Positions 9,590-18,766 of a stretch of DNA of 64,000 nucleotides are shown one piece after another. Every line of letters begins with the position of its first letter. Positions within the stretch are counted from its first letter, which is position 1. The translations under genes were made by a program, and so were the position numbers. The notes beneath the pieces were generated by a model. That model had not been told where the DNA came from. It saw only the letters and a program-made list of their open reading frames with translations, and made no database searches. Source of the stretch: Calditrichia bacterium (GTDB lineage Bacteria > Calditrichota > Calditrichia > RBG-13-44-9 > J075); contig JBOEGD010000001.1 of NCBI GenBank assembly GCA_050633245.1, positions 240,463 through 304,462 of the forward strand, in the 5' to 3' direction.

Positions 9590-10612
9590 TTGAAAAAAAC
9601 GAGTCGAAATACCTTTGATCACATGATTGTTGGCGAATCGCGTGCCATAAGAGACGTTATTTCTAAAGCGAAACAGCTTGCTGTACGTGGAACGGTTACT
9701 ACACTTATTACCGGTGAAAGCGGTACGGGTAAGGAACTTTTTGCCCGTCTTATTCACGCTGCCGGCCCCCACGCGCATCAACCGTTTGTAGACATTAACT
9801 GTGGCGCTATTCCGGAGTCTTTGCTGGAGTCTGAACTCTTTGGTTATGAAAAAGGCGCGTTTACCGGGGCGGAAAACCGCAAGCCGGGTCTCTTTGAACT
9901 CGCGAATAAGGGCACTATTTTTCTAGACGAAATTGGTAATACGAATCTGACTTTTCAAATAAAGTTGCTTAAGGCCGTTGAGCAAAAGCGCTTTCGTCGA
10001 ATTGGGGGAATTGATGAGGTTCAGATTACCACAAGAATTATTGCTGCGACGAATGTTGATTTACAGAAAGCTGTCAGTTCCGGAAAGTTTCGTGAAGATC
10101 TTTACTATCGTTTGAATGTCTGTGAGGTAAAGCTCCCGCCTCTGCGTGAACGGAGTGACGATTCCGCTTTAATCGCTTCGCATCTTCTTGAGCACTTTCG
10201 CGTACAATACGATCGACAGAACCTGGAGTTTAGTGAAGATGCCCTTGAAGCTATCCGCGATTATCATTGGCCGGGCAATGTGCGACAATTGAAAAACAGC
10301 ATAGAAAGAACGGTCCTTCAGAGCAATGATAGTGTTATTACGGCTGAGGAGCTGGCCTTGCAAGGGAAGCGCAAAGATCGATCGCCTAAACAACCAGCTG
10401 TTGATACGAAGACATCTCGCCAAGACCCTCCCTGGACAATACCTGATGAAGGGATTTCACTGGAAGATGTTGAAAGGAAGCTGATTTTAAGTGCGCTGAA
10501 TAAGTGCTCCGGGAACCTCAGCAAGGCTGCACGCTTATTGCATATTAAACGTGGAAAACTCCGCTATCGCCTCGATAAACTTTGTATCGATTATTCTAAC
10601 GAGTTGGCCTGA
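9590..10612 (+). CDS. Sigma-54-dependent activator (AAA+ and Fis-type HTH) lacking an N-terminal regulatory domain
   Basis: GESGTGKE, ESELFGYEKGAFTGA, FLDEIG, FREDLYYRL, WPGNVRQL and a C-terminal HTH. Only about 10 residues precede the AAA domain. Confidence 0.95.
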   Translation: MKKTSRNTFDHMIVGESRAIRDVISKAKQLAVRGTVTTLITGESGTGKELFARLIHAAGPHAHQPFVDINCGAIPESLLESELFGYEKGAFTGAENRKPGLFELANKGTIFLDEIGNTNLTFQIKLLKAVEQKRFRRIGGIDEVQITTRIIAATNVDLQKAVSSGKFREDLYYRLNVCEVKLPPLRERSDDSALIASHLLEHFRVQYDRQNLEFSEDALEAIRDYHWPGNVRQLKNSIERTVLQSNDSVITAEELALQGKRKDRSPKQPAVDTKTSRQDPPWTIPDEGISLEDVERKLILSALNKCSGNLSKAARLLHIKRGKLRYRLDKLCIDYSNELA

Positions 10613-10768
10613 TTATCATTCTCCATCCAGGCCTGACAATTTTTTTGAACCCTTCTTTCTACATATGTATTTTTGTCTTTCGTTCTGTATCGATCCTGAA
10701 TTTCTTGCATCTAATAATTGATATCCCTACGTATTTATTGCATATTACGGTTAAACCGGAAAACACTT

Positions 10769-12712
10769 ATGGCATATGTAAATCCACGTATTACTCAACT
10801 CGGCGCAACGCTCGAATCGTATACCGATCCGTCCAACGAACGGGTAGATACGCTGAACGACCTTGCCTGGGAACTTTGGACAACCCAGCCTGAGAGAGCC
10901 ACTGAGTTGACTCACGAAGCATCCGCCCTGGCGGAGAAGCTGGACTATCCGCGTGGAAAGGCTTATGCCAAGGTCAACCGGGGAATGCTGGAGTGGCGTA
11001 CCAATATTGCAGGTTCTCTTGAGCTGTTTGCGGAAGCATTGGTTTGGTTCGAGGAACATGATGAACCGGTTGGCGCTGCAAACGTTCTGAACTTTATTGC
11101 CATTATTTATTGGGGCATCGGTGACCTGCAGCGCGGACTCGATCATAGTTTAAAATCGCTTAAGCTGCATAAGACGGTTGATGATCCTGAAGGAAGTGGA
11201 TGGACACATCAGACCCTGAGTGGGTTTCATCTTGATTTGAAGCAGTATGAACAGGCGAAAGAATATGCCACCAAGGCATACGAGATTTTTAAAGGATGTG
11301 AAAATAAGTTGGGCGAAGCTCGTGCTCTGAATGGGATGGGTAATGCTCTGCTTCATTTGGGCGATTGTAAAAAGGCGCTCGAATATCTGGAAGAAAGTTT
11401 AAGGCAATCCCGCGAGATGGAGCATGAGTTCTCTATTTCCAGAGCCCTTAACGATATCGGTTTGGTTTATCAGAAGCGGAGTGATTATGCCGGCGCGCTG
11501 CCGTTTCATCAGGAAAGCTTGCGGTTACGCGAAGAGCTGGATTATCCGACCGGACAAACAACTTCGCTACTCGATCTGGCCAATGCCTATGTTAATGTCG
11601 GCGAAACCGAAAAGGGAATTGCGGCAATTGAGCGATCAATGAGTCTGGCAAAGGAAATTAATGCCAAGCCCAAGATCGCAAGAGGCCATATGGCACTTGC
11701 GATGATTTACGAAAACCTCGGTAGTTTTGAGCAGGCATTGGAGCATTTCAAGCAACACTTCGAGCTTGAGCAATCCATCTTCAGTGAAGATGCTGAACGC
11801 AAGATGAAAAACATGCAGGCCGTTTTTGAGCGAGAAGCGACTCAAAAAGAAGCCGAGATCTTTCGCTTGAAGAATGTTGAGTTAAAGGAAAAAAATGAAC
11901 AGCTTCAGCATACGCTTGAGGAGCTTAATTCTACGCAAGCCCAGCTGCTTCAGGCTGGTAAAATGATGGCTCTGGGTAATCTGGTCGCTGGTATTGCTCA
12001 TGAAATAAATACGCCGATCGGCACTATCAAAAGCGGAGCCGACCTGGCTTCCCGCGTAGCGGGCAAACTTCTGAAATCTCTTGATGGCGATTCGGATGAG
12101 GCTGCTGTAAACAAAGAGCTGAATAAAACGCTTCCCCTGCTGCAAAGTAGTACCGAAAATACTTTTCTTGCCGTTGAGCGCATTATGAAAATAGTGAATG
12201 GACTAAAAAACTTCGCTCGCCTTGATGAAGCAGAGTTTCAGCTGGCTGATATTACCGAAGGACTAGAAAGTACGCTTCTGCTTATTGCACATGAAATTCC
12301 TGCGACAGTTAAGGTAGATTTACAATACGCTGATTTACCGAAAATCTATTGTTTCCCTACCGAGTTGAATCAGGTTTTCATGAACATCATTCTAAATGCA
12401 CTCCAAGCAATGCGCAATGGTGGAACGCTTACCATTCGCACTGAACAATCTGCTGAACATATACTCATTTCCATCTGTGATACCGGTGTTGGCATTGCTG
12501 AAGAGAACTTGAAATCTCTTTTTGAGCCCGGCTTTTCCTCCGGTGCCAGCCGTATGAAGATGAAAACCGGTCTTTACACCAGTTATGGCATTGTCGCCCG
12601 GCACCGAGGCGATATTCAGGTTGAGAGTACTATCGGACGTGGGACAAAGTTTTCCATCACGATTGCTACGGATCTGCAAAATTATATGTCGCCGCTCTCC
12701 AGTGCATCCTAG
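10769..12712 (+). CDS. TPR-repeat sensor histidine kinase
   Basis: About 340 aa of TPR-like repeats, a coiled coil, H-box VAGIAHEINTP, N-box NIILNA and G1 DTGVGI. G2 box is atypical (MKTGL). ATG at 10769. Confidence 0.9.
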   Translation: MAYVNPRITQLGATLESYTDPSNERVDTLNDLAWELWTTQPERATELTHEASALAEKLDYPRGKAYAKVNRGMLEWRTNIAGSLELFAEALVWFEEHDEPVGAANVLNFIAIIYWGIGDLQRGLDHSLKSLKLHKTVDDPEGSGWTHQTLSGFHLDLKQYEQAKEYATKAYEIFKGCENKLGEARALNGMGNALLHLGDCKKALEYLEESLRQSREMEHEFSISRALNDIGLVYQKRSDYAGALPFHQESLRLREELDYPTGQTTSLLDLANAYVNVGETEKGIAAIERSMSLAKEINAKPKIARGHMALAMIYENLGSFEQALEHFKQHFELEQSIFSEDAERKMKNMQAVFEREATQKEAEIFRLKNVELKEKNEQLQHTLEELNSTQAQLLQAGKMMALGNLVAGIAHEINTPIGTIKSGADLASRVAGKLLKSLDGDSDEAAVNKELNKTLPLLQSSTENTFLAVERIMKIVNGLKNFARLDEAEFQLADITEGLESTLLLIAHEIPATVKVDLQYADLPKIYCFPTELNQVFMNIILNALQAMRNGGTLTIRTEQSAEHILISICDTGVGIAEENLKSLFEPGFSSGASRMKMKTGLYTSYGIVARHRGDIQVESTIGRGTKFSITIATDLQNYMSPLSSAS

Positions 12713-12807
12713 TAGGCTTATCGGCGTTCAATATTAGAGCTCTGCCTGCACTTTCCCGCACCGAATGAATCTATTCTGCTTAAAAAACATTTTCCGGAGT
12801 ATTAAAA

Positions 12808-13386
12808 ATGAATGACCTTTACCGCAACAATTTCATTCTGTTTCTACTGCTCACGCTTATCTCCAGCGTGTTTGGTGGGGATAAAAAACCGACGATTTTA
12901 ATTACGTATTATTCTGCAAGTGGTAATACCGAGAAGATGGCCAACGCTGTTTTTGAGGCTGCTTCAGAAAACGATAGTGTCGCTGTCGTGTTGAAAACGG
13001 TAAGTGAAGTAACAAAGCAAGATGTAGAATCAGCAGATGGCATTATCATTGGATCACCAACATACTATGCAAACATGGCGGCTCCGGTCAAGGCTTTTAT
13101 TGATGGCTGGTTCGAGCAAAAAGTTGTTCTGTTCGATAAGGTTGGTGGTGCATTTGCCACTGGCGGAGGACGCACGGCCGGTCGTGAATTTGTTGTAGCT
13201 TCACTACTATTGGCTATGCTCAATAATGGAATGATTGTGGCGGGCCCACATTATGAAAGCTGGGGAACGTTTGGAGCATCTGCTATAACTGCGCCTCCGG
13301 ATGAGGGGGTCAATGACAGTGAGCTGGATGATGCTCGGCGCCTTGGAAGCAGGATCGCCGATTTGGTCTTAAAAATGACGGACTAG
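12808..13386 (+). CDS. WrbA/flavodoxin-family NAD(P)H-dependent oxidoreductase with N-terminal signal peptide
   Basis: YYSASGNTEKMA, DGIIIGSPTYYANM, KVGGAFAT, ARRLG. Hydrophobic leader FILFLLLTLISSVFG. Confidence 0.88.
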   Translation: MNDLYRNNFILFLLLTLISSVFGGDKKPTILITYYSASGNTEKMANAVFEAASENDSVAVVLKTVSEVTKQDVESADGIIIGSPTYYANMAAPVKAFIDGWFEQKVVLFDKVGGAFATGGGRTAGREFVVASLLLAMLNNGMIVAGPHYESWGTFGASAITAPPDEGVNDSELDDARRLGSRIADLVLKMTD

Positions 13387-13955
13387 CGGATTCCCGCGGT
13401 TTGCATTAGCTCTGCGCGCTTATCATGAATCTCTTTATTCTCAGGCATAATTTGCAGAGCACTTTCATATTTCTCAATGGCGCGAGAGAGTCTGCCTCGT
13501 CGTTCATCTCTTTTGGCCTGCTCAGTATAGTGTTGAATCATCGATTCTTTAAGCAGCAGTGCCGTTGTATTATCCGGGTCAATCTGCAGAATCTGTAGCG
13601 TGTAACCCGTGGCATTATCTTCTTCCGGAGTCAAAAAGTTCTTATCCTCGAACGCTGTTAGCGCCTTTTCCAACAATCCTTCAATTCGCTTTTGGTTTTG
13701 AAGATTTTCTTCAATTGCAGCCAAACGTTGTTGTGCAAGTCCTTTTGCAACCTCATCCGCCTCGTCCTGTGAAAGAAAAAGCTGATAGTATTTCAGAGCA
13801 CTGATATATTTTTTCTGATTATACAGCTCTTCAGCTCGCGTAAATATAACATCGACAGTAGACTTATTGTCTGAGCTGATGTAGGCGTAGCCGAGGGTGC
13901 CGATTACGGACAACATTAAGAAAATTATAATTAGAAAAATCCACTTCTTGTTCAT
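13383..13955 (-). CDS. Membrane-anchored TPR protein
   Basis: MNKKWIFLIIIFLMLSVIG anchor followed by TPR-like helices. ATG with GGAG upstream. Confidence 0.75.
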   Translation of the reverse strand: MNKKWIFLIIIFLMLSVIGTLGYAYISSDNKSTVDVIFTRAEELYNQKKYISALKYYQLFLSQDEADEVAKGLAQQRLAAIEENLQNQKRIEGLLEKALTAFEDKNFLTPEEDNATGYTLQILQIDPDNTTALLLKESMIQHYTEQAKRDERRGRLSRAIEKYESALQIMPENKEIHDKRAELMQTAGIR

Positions 13956-14208
13956 GGATGTTCTCCAGATGCAAATCATTGAGTTATTGGAATTTGGACA
14001 AAGCTGACTTCCCACCTCTACGGTGAGTACTAATGCAGCTTGCTGATAGGATTATCAAGATCGATTGCTAAATCGTAGTAAGAAACAACAATATCGTTGC
14101 TCAGAATGTGCTGATCCGCATAGAAATTCGAACTTCTTTTTAGAAGCGAAGTCTGCACCAGTCCATTTCGATATTTGATTTATTGAACCAGCCATCATAA
14201 CTTGTCTT

Positions 14209-15696
14209 ATGCAAACGGCAATCCGACTTATTTTCCATGTTGCGCTTTATGCGGGACTTCTCTTTTCGCTTACAGGATGCGATAATGGAACGAAGCCCGG
14301 TGGCTATAATGTGGTTCTTACGCCACAGGTTGAAGTCGACTTACCACAGATCATCGAGCGTGATACGCTGGTTGCTTTGGTATCATATAACTCTAATAGC
14401 TTTTATATCTATAAGGGCCAAACAAAGGGATTTGAATACGAGTTGCTTAAGCTTTTGGCACAGCATCTGAATGTTGAGCTAAAGGTGCAGGTTGTTCGGG
14501 ATTTGAATACTGTCTTTGATCGTCTGAATTTGGGAGATGGCGATCTGGTTGCCCATAATCTGGCCAGTACGAAAGAACGTCGCCAGCTGGTGAGCTTCAC
14601 CGATTACTATACCAATGTGCCGCAGGTTTTGGTTCAGCGGGTACCGAAGAACTGGCGCAAAATGAAACTACATGAGATTGATCAGTCGATGTTACGGTAT
14701 CCGATTGAGCTAATTGGCAAGCAAATTCATGTTCGTGGAGGCTCGGCATACTTTTCTCGCCTTAAAAGTCTTTCTGAAGAAATTGGTGGTGATATTGATA
14801 TTGTTGAGGTGGCGGGAAATATCTCGACGGACGAGCTGATTGCAATGGTTTCCTCCGGAGAAATTGATTATACTGTTGCCGACCAAAACATCGCGCGTAT
14901 CAATCAAGCGTATTATTCCAACATCCATATAAAAATGCCGGTGAGTCTACCGCAGCCCGGCGCATGGGCCGTTCGGAAAAACTCTCCCGAGCTGCTAAAT
15001 GAGATCAATCTATGGCTAAAGAGTCTGCGAAAAACGCCCACCTTTAACGTGCTCTTTAATCGCTATTATCGCAATAAACGCTATTTCAGACAACGCTCTA
15101 ACAGTGATTACTTCTCCATTACCGGTGCCAAGATTTCCAGTTTTGACGATCTTATTCAGCAATACGCAGAGCAGTTAGGGTGGGACTGGCGTTTACTTGC
15201 AGCACAGATTTACCAGGAATCACAGTTCAATCCACGAGCGCGTTCTTGGATGGGAGCGACTGGATTGATGCAGCTAATGCCGGAAACTGCCGAGCAATAC
15301 GGCGCACGAGACGCGATGAATCCTGAACAAAATATTGCAGCCGGAGTAAAATATCTGAAGTGGCTGGGTGGCTTTTGGGATTCAATTCCCGACTCATCCG
15401 ACCGTCTGAAGTTCATCTTAGCTTCCTATAATGCCGGTCAGGGACATCTGCTTGATGCACAGCGCCTGTCAAAAAAATACGGCAAAAACCCACTCATATG
15501 GGAAGATAATGTTGCTTTCTATCTGCTAAAAAAATCTCAGGAAGAGTATTATAATGACGAGGTTGTAAATTTTGGATATGTGCGAGGTTCAGAACCGGTT
15601 GAATATGTCTCGGAAATACTTCGAATTTTCGAAAATTATAAGCAGCTCGTTCCCCAAGATACATTAACTTCCAGCGATAGTCTTGTGCTAAAGTGA
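14209..15696 (+). CDS. mltF: MltF-like lytic transglycosylase (family 3 binding domain + SLT domain)
   Basis: Lipobox LTGC; GFEYEL; SLT motifs DWRLLAAQIYQESQF, GATGLMQLMP, LASYNAG, RGSEPVEYV. Confidence 0.88.
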   Translation: MQTAIRLIFHVALYAGLLFSLTGCDNGTKPGGYNVVLTPQVEVDLPQIIERDTLVALVSYNSNSFYIYKGQTKGFEYELLKLLAQHLNVELKVQVVRDLNTVFDRLNLGDGDLVAHNLASTKERRQLVSFTDYYTNVPQVLVQRVPKNWRKMKLHEIDQSMLRYPIELIGKQIHVRGGSAYFSRLKSLSEEIGGDIDIVEVAGNISTDELIAMVSSGEIDYTVADQNIARINQAYYSNIHIKMPVSLPQPGAWAVRKNSPELLNEINLWLKSLRKTPTFNVLFNRYYRNKRYFRQRSNSDYFSITGAKISSFDDLIQQYAEQLGWDWRLLAAQIYQESQFNPRARSWMGATGLMQLMPETAEQYGARDAMNPEQNIAAGVKYLKWLGGFWDSIPDSSDRLKFILASYNAGQGHLLDAQRLSKKYGKNPLIWEDNVAFYLLKKSQEEYYNDEVVNFGYVRGSEPVEYVSEILRIFENYKQLVPQDTLTSSDSLVLK

Positions 15697-15831
15697 ACCT
15701 GTAAGAAGTCTTACGGTTAATCATATTCAGGCACAGTACACTTTACCGATCATTGGTTTATGAGGGATAAATTCTAAACCAGATTCCAGTGCGTATTATT
15801 GCGCATTGATCTAAATTTAATGAGGTGTTAT

Positions 15832-18696
15832 ATGCGATTGATTTTCATCATGGGATTATGTCTCGTGCTTTGCTCCATTCAATTTGTAACAGCAGCAGAT
15901 AAACCGGTTAAATCGAAAGCGGCGATCGAGAATGATCGATCTGAGCCGGAGTGGCTGCCCGGTGTAATTACTCTGAAGTTTGCCCATGGGATAAACTTGG
16001 GTGATGAAGCCACAGCAAGTGGCCTTACTGATGTAGACGCGCTGTTTCAGCAGCACGGCGTTACCCATCTTAGGCATTTGGTTAAGGAAAGCTTTGTCCG
16101 CAGCGATATTCGCCGAAATGTTGGCATCGAAAGTATTTATAATGTCTACTTCGAGCCAACTTTTGATGCGTTGCAGTTTGCAGAGGCTTTGTCGCGCAGT
16201 GAAAATATTCTTTATGCCGAACCGAAATTTCTCTATCCGCTAACTGCGACTCCCAATGATGCATTATATGGACAGATGACTCAATTTAATCATGTCGGTG
16301 CGCCTGCAGCATGGGATATCGTTAAAGCAGAAAGCGGCAATGTGGTTGTAGCGGTGGTCGATGGCGGAACAGACTGGGATCATGCAGACCTCGTGGCTAA
16401 TATCTGGAATAACTCTGATGAGATTGCCGGAAACGGTATTGATGATGATAACAATGGCTTTGTTGATGATGTGCGCGGTTGGAACTTTGCCAATAGCTCG
16501 AACGATCCGACCGGCCTTTCCAATACCCCACAGAATGCTGCCCATGGAACGCACGTTGGCGGCACGATTGGTGCCACAACGAACAATGGCAGCGGCGTAG
16601 CCAGTCTGGGATGGAACTGCATCCTGATGCCGGTGAATGCCGGTAGCCCTTCAACCGATCGCAGCGTTGCCTTTGGCTATGACGGCATCGCTTATGCAGC
16701 TGCTAACGGAGCAGATATTATTAACTGTAGCTGGGGCGGTATTGGGAATCCGTCGTCATTGTCGCAGGATGTAATAAACTTTGCATATAATAATGGTGCT
16801 CTTGTGGTTGCGGCATCAGGTAATGATAATGCAGATACTGATTTAACGCCGCACTTTCCGGCAAACTACGATCGCGTTCTTTCCGTAGGTGCTTCTTTTA
16901 AAACCAGTGATCAGCGTGCTAATTTTTCGAATTATGGTGCCACTGTAGATGTTTTTGCTCCCGGTGTTAGCATTTTGAGCACAATTCCGGGTGGCGGCTT
17001 TAACGGCTCATTTTCCGGAACATCAATGGCAAGCCCGATGGTTGCCAGTCTTGCAAGTCTCGTAAAAACCATTAAGCCGGGTTATTCTGTAGACCAGATT
17101 CGCGAGCAAATTCGTGTTACAGCATTAAACATTGATGGCGTTAATCCCGGATTTGCCGGAAAACTTGGTAAGGGACGCATAGATGCGCTAAAAGCAGTTA
17201 CCGACTTTTCATTGCCTGCTTTGCGAATTAGCAATGTCGATTTTGTAGATAGCGGTAATGATGGAATTATCGATGCCGGAGAGAGCGTTACAATGACCGT
17301 AACGTTTATAAATTATCTCGCAGCATCTTCAGGCGCCACGCTCACGCTTAGCGAGTCGGATAACAATATTACAATCTCGAATGGAAGCGCAACGCTCGCC
17401 TCATTAAATACCAATGAAACAGCTTCTGCAAGCTTTCAGTTCAGTGTGGGTAGTAATGTGCCCGATGGATATACGCTGCGCTTTTTTGTAGACATTTCTT
17501 CGGGAAGCTACAGCGATCGCGATTTTATTCAACTGAGTGTTACTCCACCGCAATTTGCCAGTCATAACACGGGTGCAGTGCAGGCATCGATTACCAATGA
17601 AGGCAATATCGGATTTGTTGGATTTGCCGGTACGGCCGGATCGGGCTTTGTTCATGATGGTAATAATTACCTGTTTGAAGGTGGCTTGCTGCTCGGAACA
17701 TCTGCGTCCTCGATTTCAGACTGTGTTCGTGGCGGCGATGGTTCGACTCAGGATGTCGATTTTGTGCCTGTAGAAGGCGAAGTGCTGACCATTGTTACTC
17801 CCGGTGCGTTAGCCAATGAAGAGGGTTCAATTTTGCTGGAAGACTCTCCCGCACAGCAGTCGCTTGGCGTTACGATTCTCCAGGAAACGCTTGCTGATAA
17901 CCTGCCTGAAAATGAAGACTTTGTTATTTTCAAATACACAATTGTAAATAACAATAGCGGGTCGCTGAACGGACTGTATGTTGGGTTGTTTTTCGATTGG
18001 GATATAAATGCAAATGCCGCAGACTTTGCGCGCTATGATGCGTCTCGCAGACTGAGTTACGTTGGGAACTCTGCCAGCCCAAATCGCATTGCTGCAACTA
18101 AGATCCTTACAACCGGAACGGCTATTGGTCACCGCTCTGTGCATAACCCCAATGAAATCTACGACGGCTTTAGCAATACTGAGAAGTGGAGCTTTTTAAA
18201 TGGCGGTGTTCAGACGCAATCATTGGACAATGTAGATGTCGCTACAATGAGTTCGCAGGGACCGTTTAGCATTCAGGGTGGCGAGTCAATTGAAGTGGCA
18301 TTTGCCGTAATGGGAGCATCAAGCGTTGCTGAACTCCAGACCACTGCCGATGCTGCTCAAGATTTTTATGACAACCCGCGTGTTGGCATTGAAGAGCCGC
18401 TTCCTATAGGATCGGCCGACACATATGAGCTGTCGCAAAACTATCCGAACCCTTTTAATCCGACCACGACAATAAGCTATCGTCTTGCCGGTGCAGGTGA
18501 TGTCGAAATTGATATCTTCAATTCATTGGGACAGCGTGTTCGCACGCTTGTTCGTAGTTCTCAGACTGCTGGAAGCTATCAGGTGGTTTGGAATGGCAGG
18601 GACGATGCAGATAATAAAGTTAGCAGTGGCGTCTATCTTTACCGCCTCAAATCTGCCGGGCAGGTGTTAACGAAAAAAATGTTGTTGTTGGAATAA
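15832..18696 (+). CDS. Secreted S8 subtilase with C-terminal FlgD-Ig/T9SS-type sorting domain
   Basis: Catalytic triad VVDGG / HGTHVGG / GTSMASP; signal peptide; C-terminus LSQNYPNPFNP..WNGRD..SGVYLY..KKMLL. GAGGTG RBS before ATG 15832. Confidence 0.93.
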   Translation: MRLIFIMGLCLVLCSIQFVTAADKPVKSKAAIENDRSEPEWLPGVITLKFAHGINLGDEATASGLTDVDALFQQHGVTHLRHLVKESFVRSDIRRNVGIESIYNVYFEPTFDALQFAEALSRSENILYAEPKFLYPLTATPNDALYGQMTQFNHVGAPAAWDIVKAESGNVVVAVVDGGTDWDHADLVANIWNNSDEIAGNGIDDDNNGFVDDVRGWNFANSSNDPTGLSNTPQNAAHGTHVGGTIGATTNNGSGVASLGWNCILMPVNAGSPSTDRSVAFGYDGIAYAAANGADIINCSWGGIGNPSSLSQDVINFAYNNGALVVAASGNDNADTDLTPHFPANYDRVLSVGASFKTSDQRANFSNYGATVDVFAPGVSILSTIPGGGFNGSFSGTSMASPMVASLASLVKTIKPGYSVDQIREQIRVTALNIDGVNPGFAGKLGKGRIDALKAVTDFSLPALRISNVDFVDSGNDGIIDAGESVTMTVTFINYLAASSGATLTLSESDNNITISNGSATLASLNTNETASASFQFSVGSNVPDGYTLRFFVDISSGSYSDRDFIQLSVTPPQFASHNTGAVQASITNEGNIGFVGFAGTAGSGFVHDGNNYLFEGGLLLGTSASSISDCVRGGDGSTQDVDFVPVEGEVLTIVTPGALANEEGSILLEDSPAQQSLGVTILQETLADNLPENEDFVIFKYTIVNNNSGSLNGLYVGLFFDWDINANAADFARYDASRRLSYVGNSASPNRIAATKILTTGTAIGHRSVHNPNEIYDGFSNTEKWSFLNGGVQTQSLDNVDVATMSSQGPFSIQGGESIEVAFAVMGASSVAELQTTADAAQDFYDNPRVGIEEPLPIGSADTYELSQNYPNPFNPTTTISYRLAGAGDVEIDIFNSLGQRVRTLVRSSQTAGSYQVVWNGRDDADNKVSSGVYLYRLKSAGQVLTKKMLLLE

Positions 18697-18702
18697 TATG
18701 TC

Positions 18703-18756
18703 TTTGTAGCGACGCACAATATTTGTAGCGACGCACTGCAGTGCGTCGCTACAAAT
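18703..18756. repeat. REP-like perfect 36-bp palindrome plus an upstream half copy
   Basis: ATTTGTAGCGACGCACTG|CAGTGCGTCGCTACAAAT at 18721-18756, preceded by direct repeat TTTGTAGCGACGCAC at 18703-18717. Lies between convergent genes. Confidence 0.85.
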
Positions 18757-18766
18757 TCAAACTTCC

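Noticed and set aside
9089-9781. 230-aa minus-strand ORF
   Set aside because: Antisense shadow of the permease and sigma-54 activator genes, like the other short overlapping ORFs in the track.
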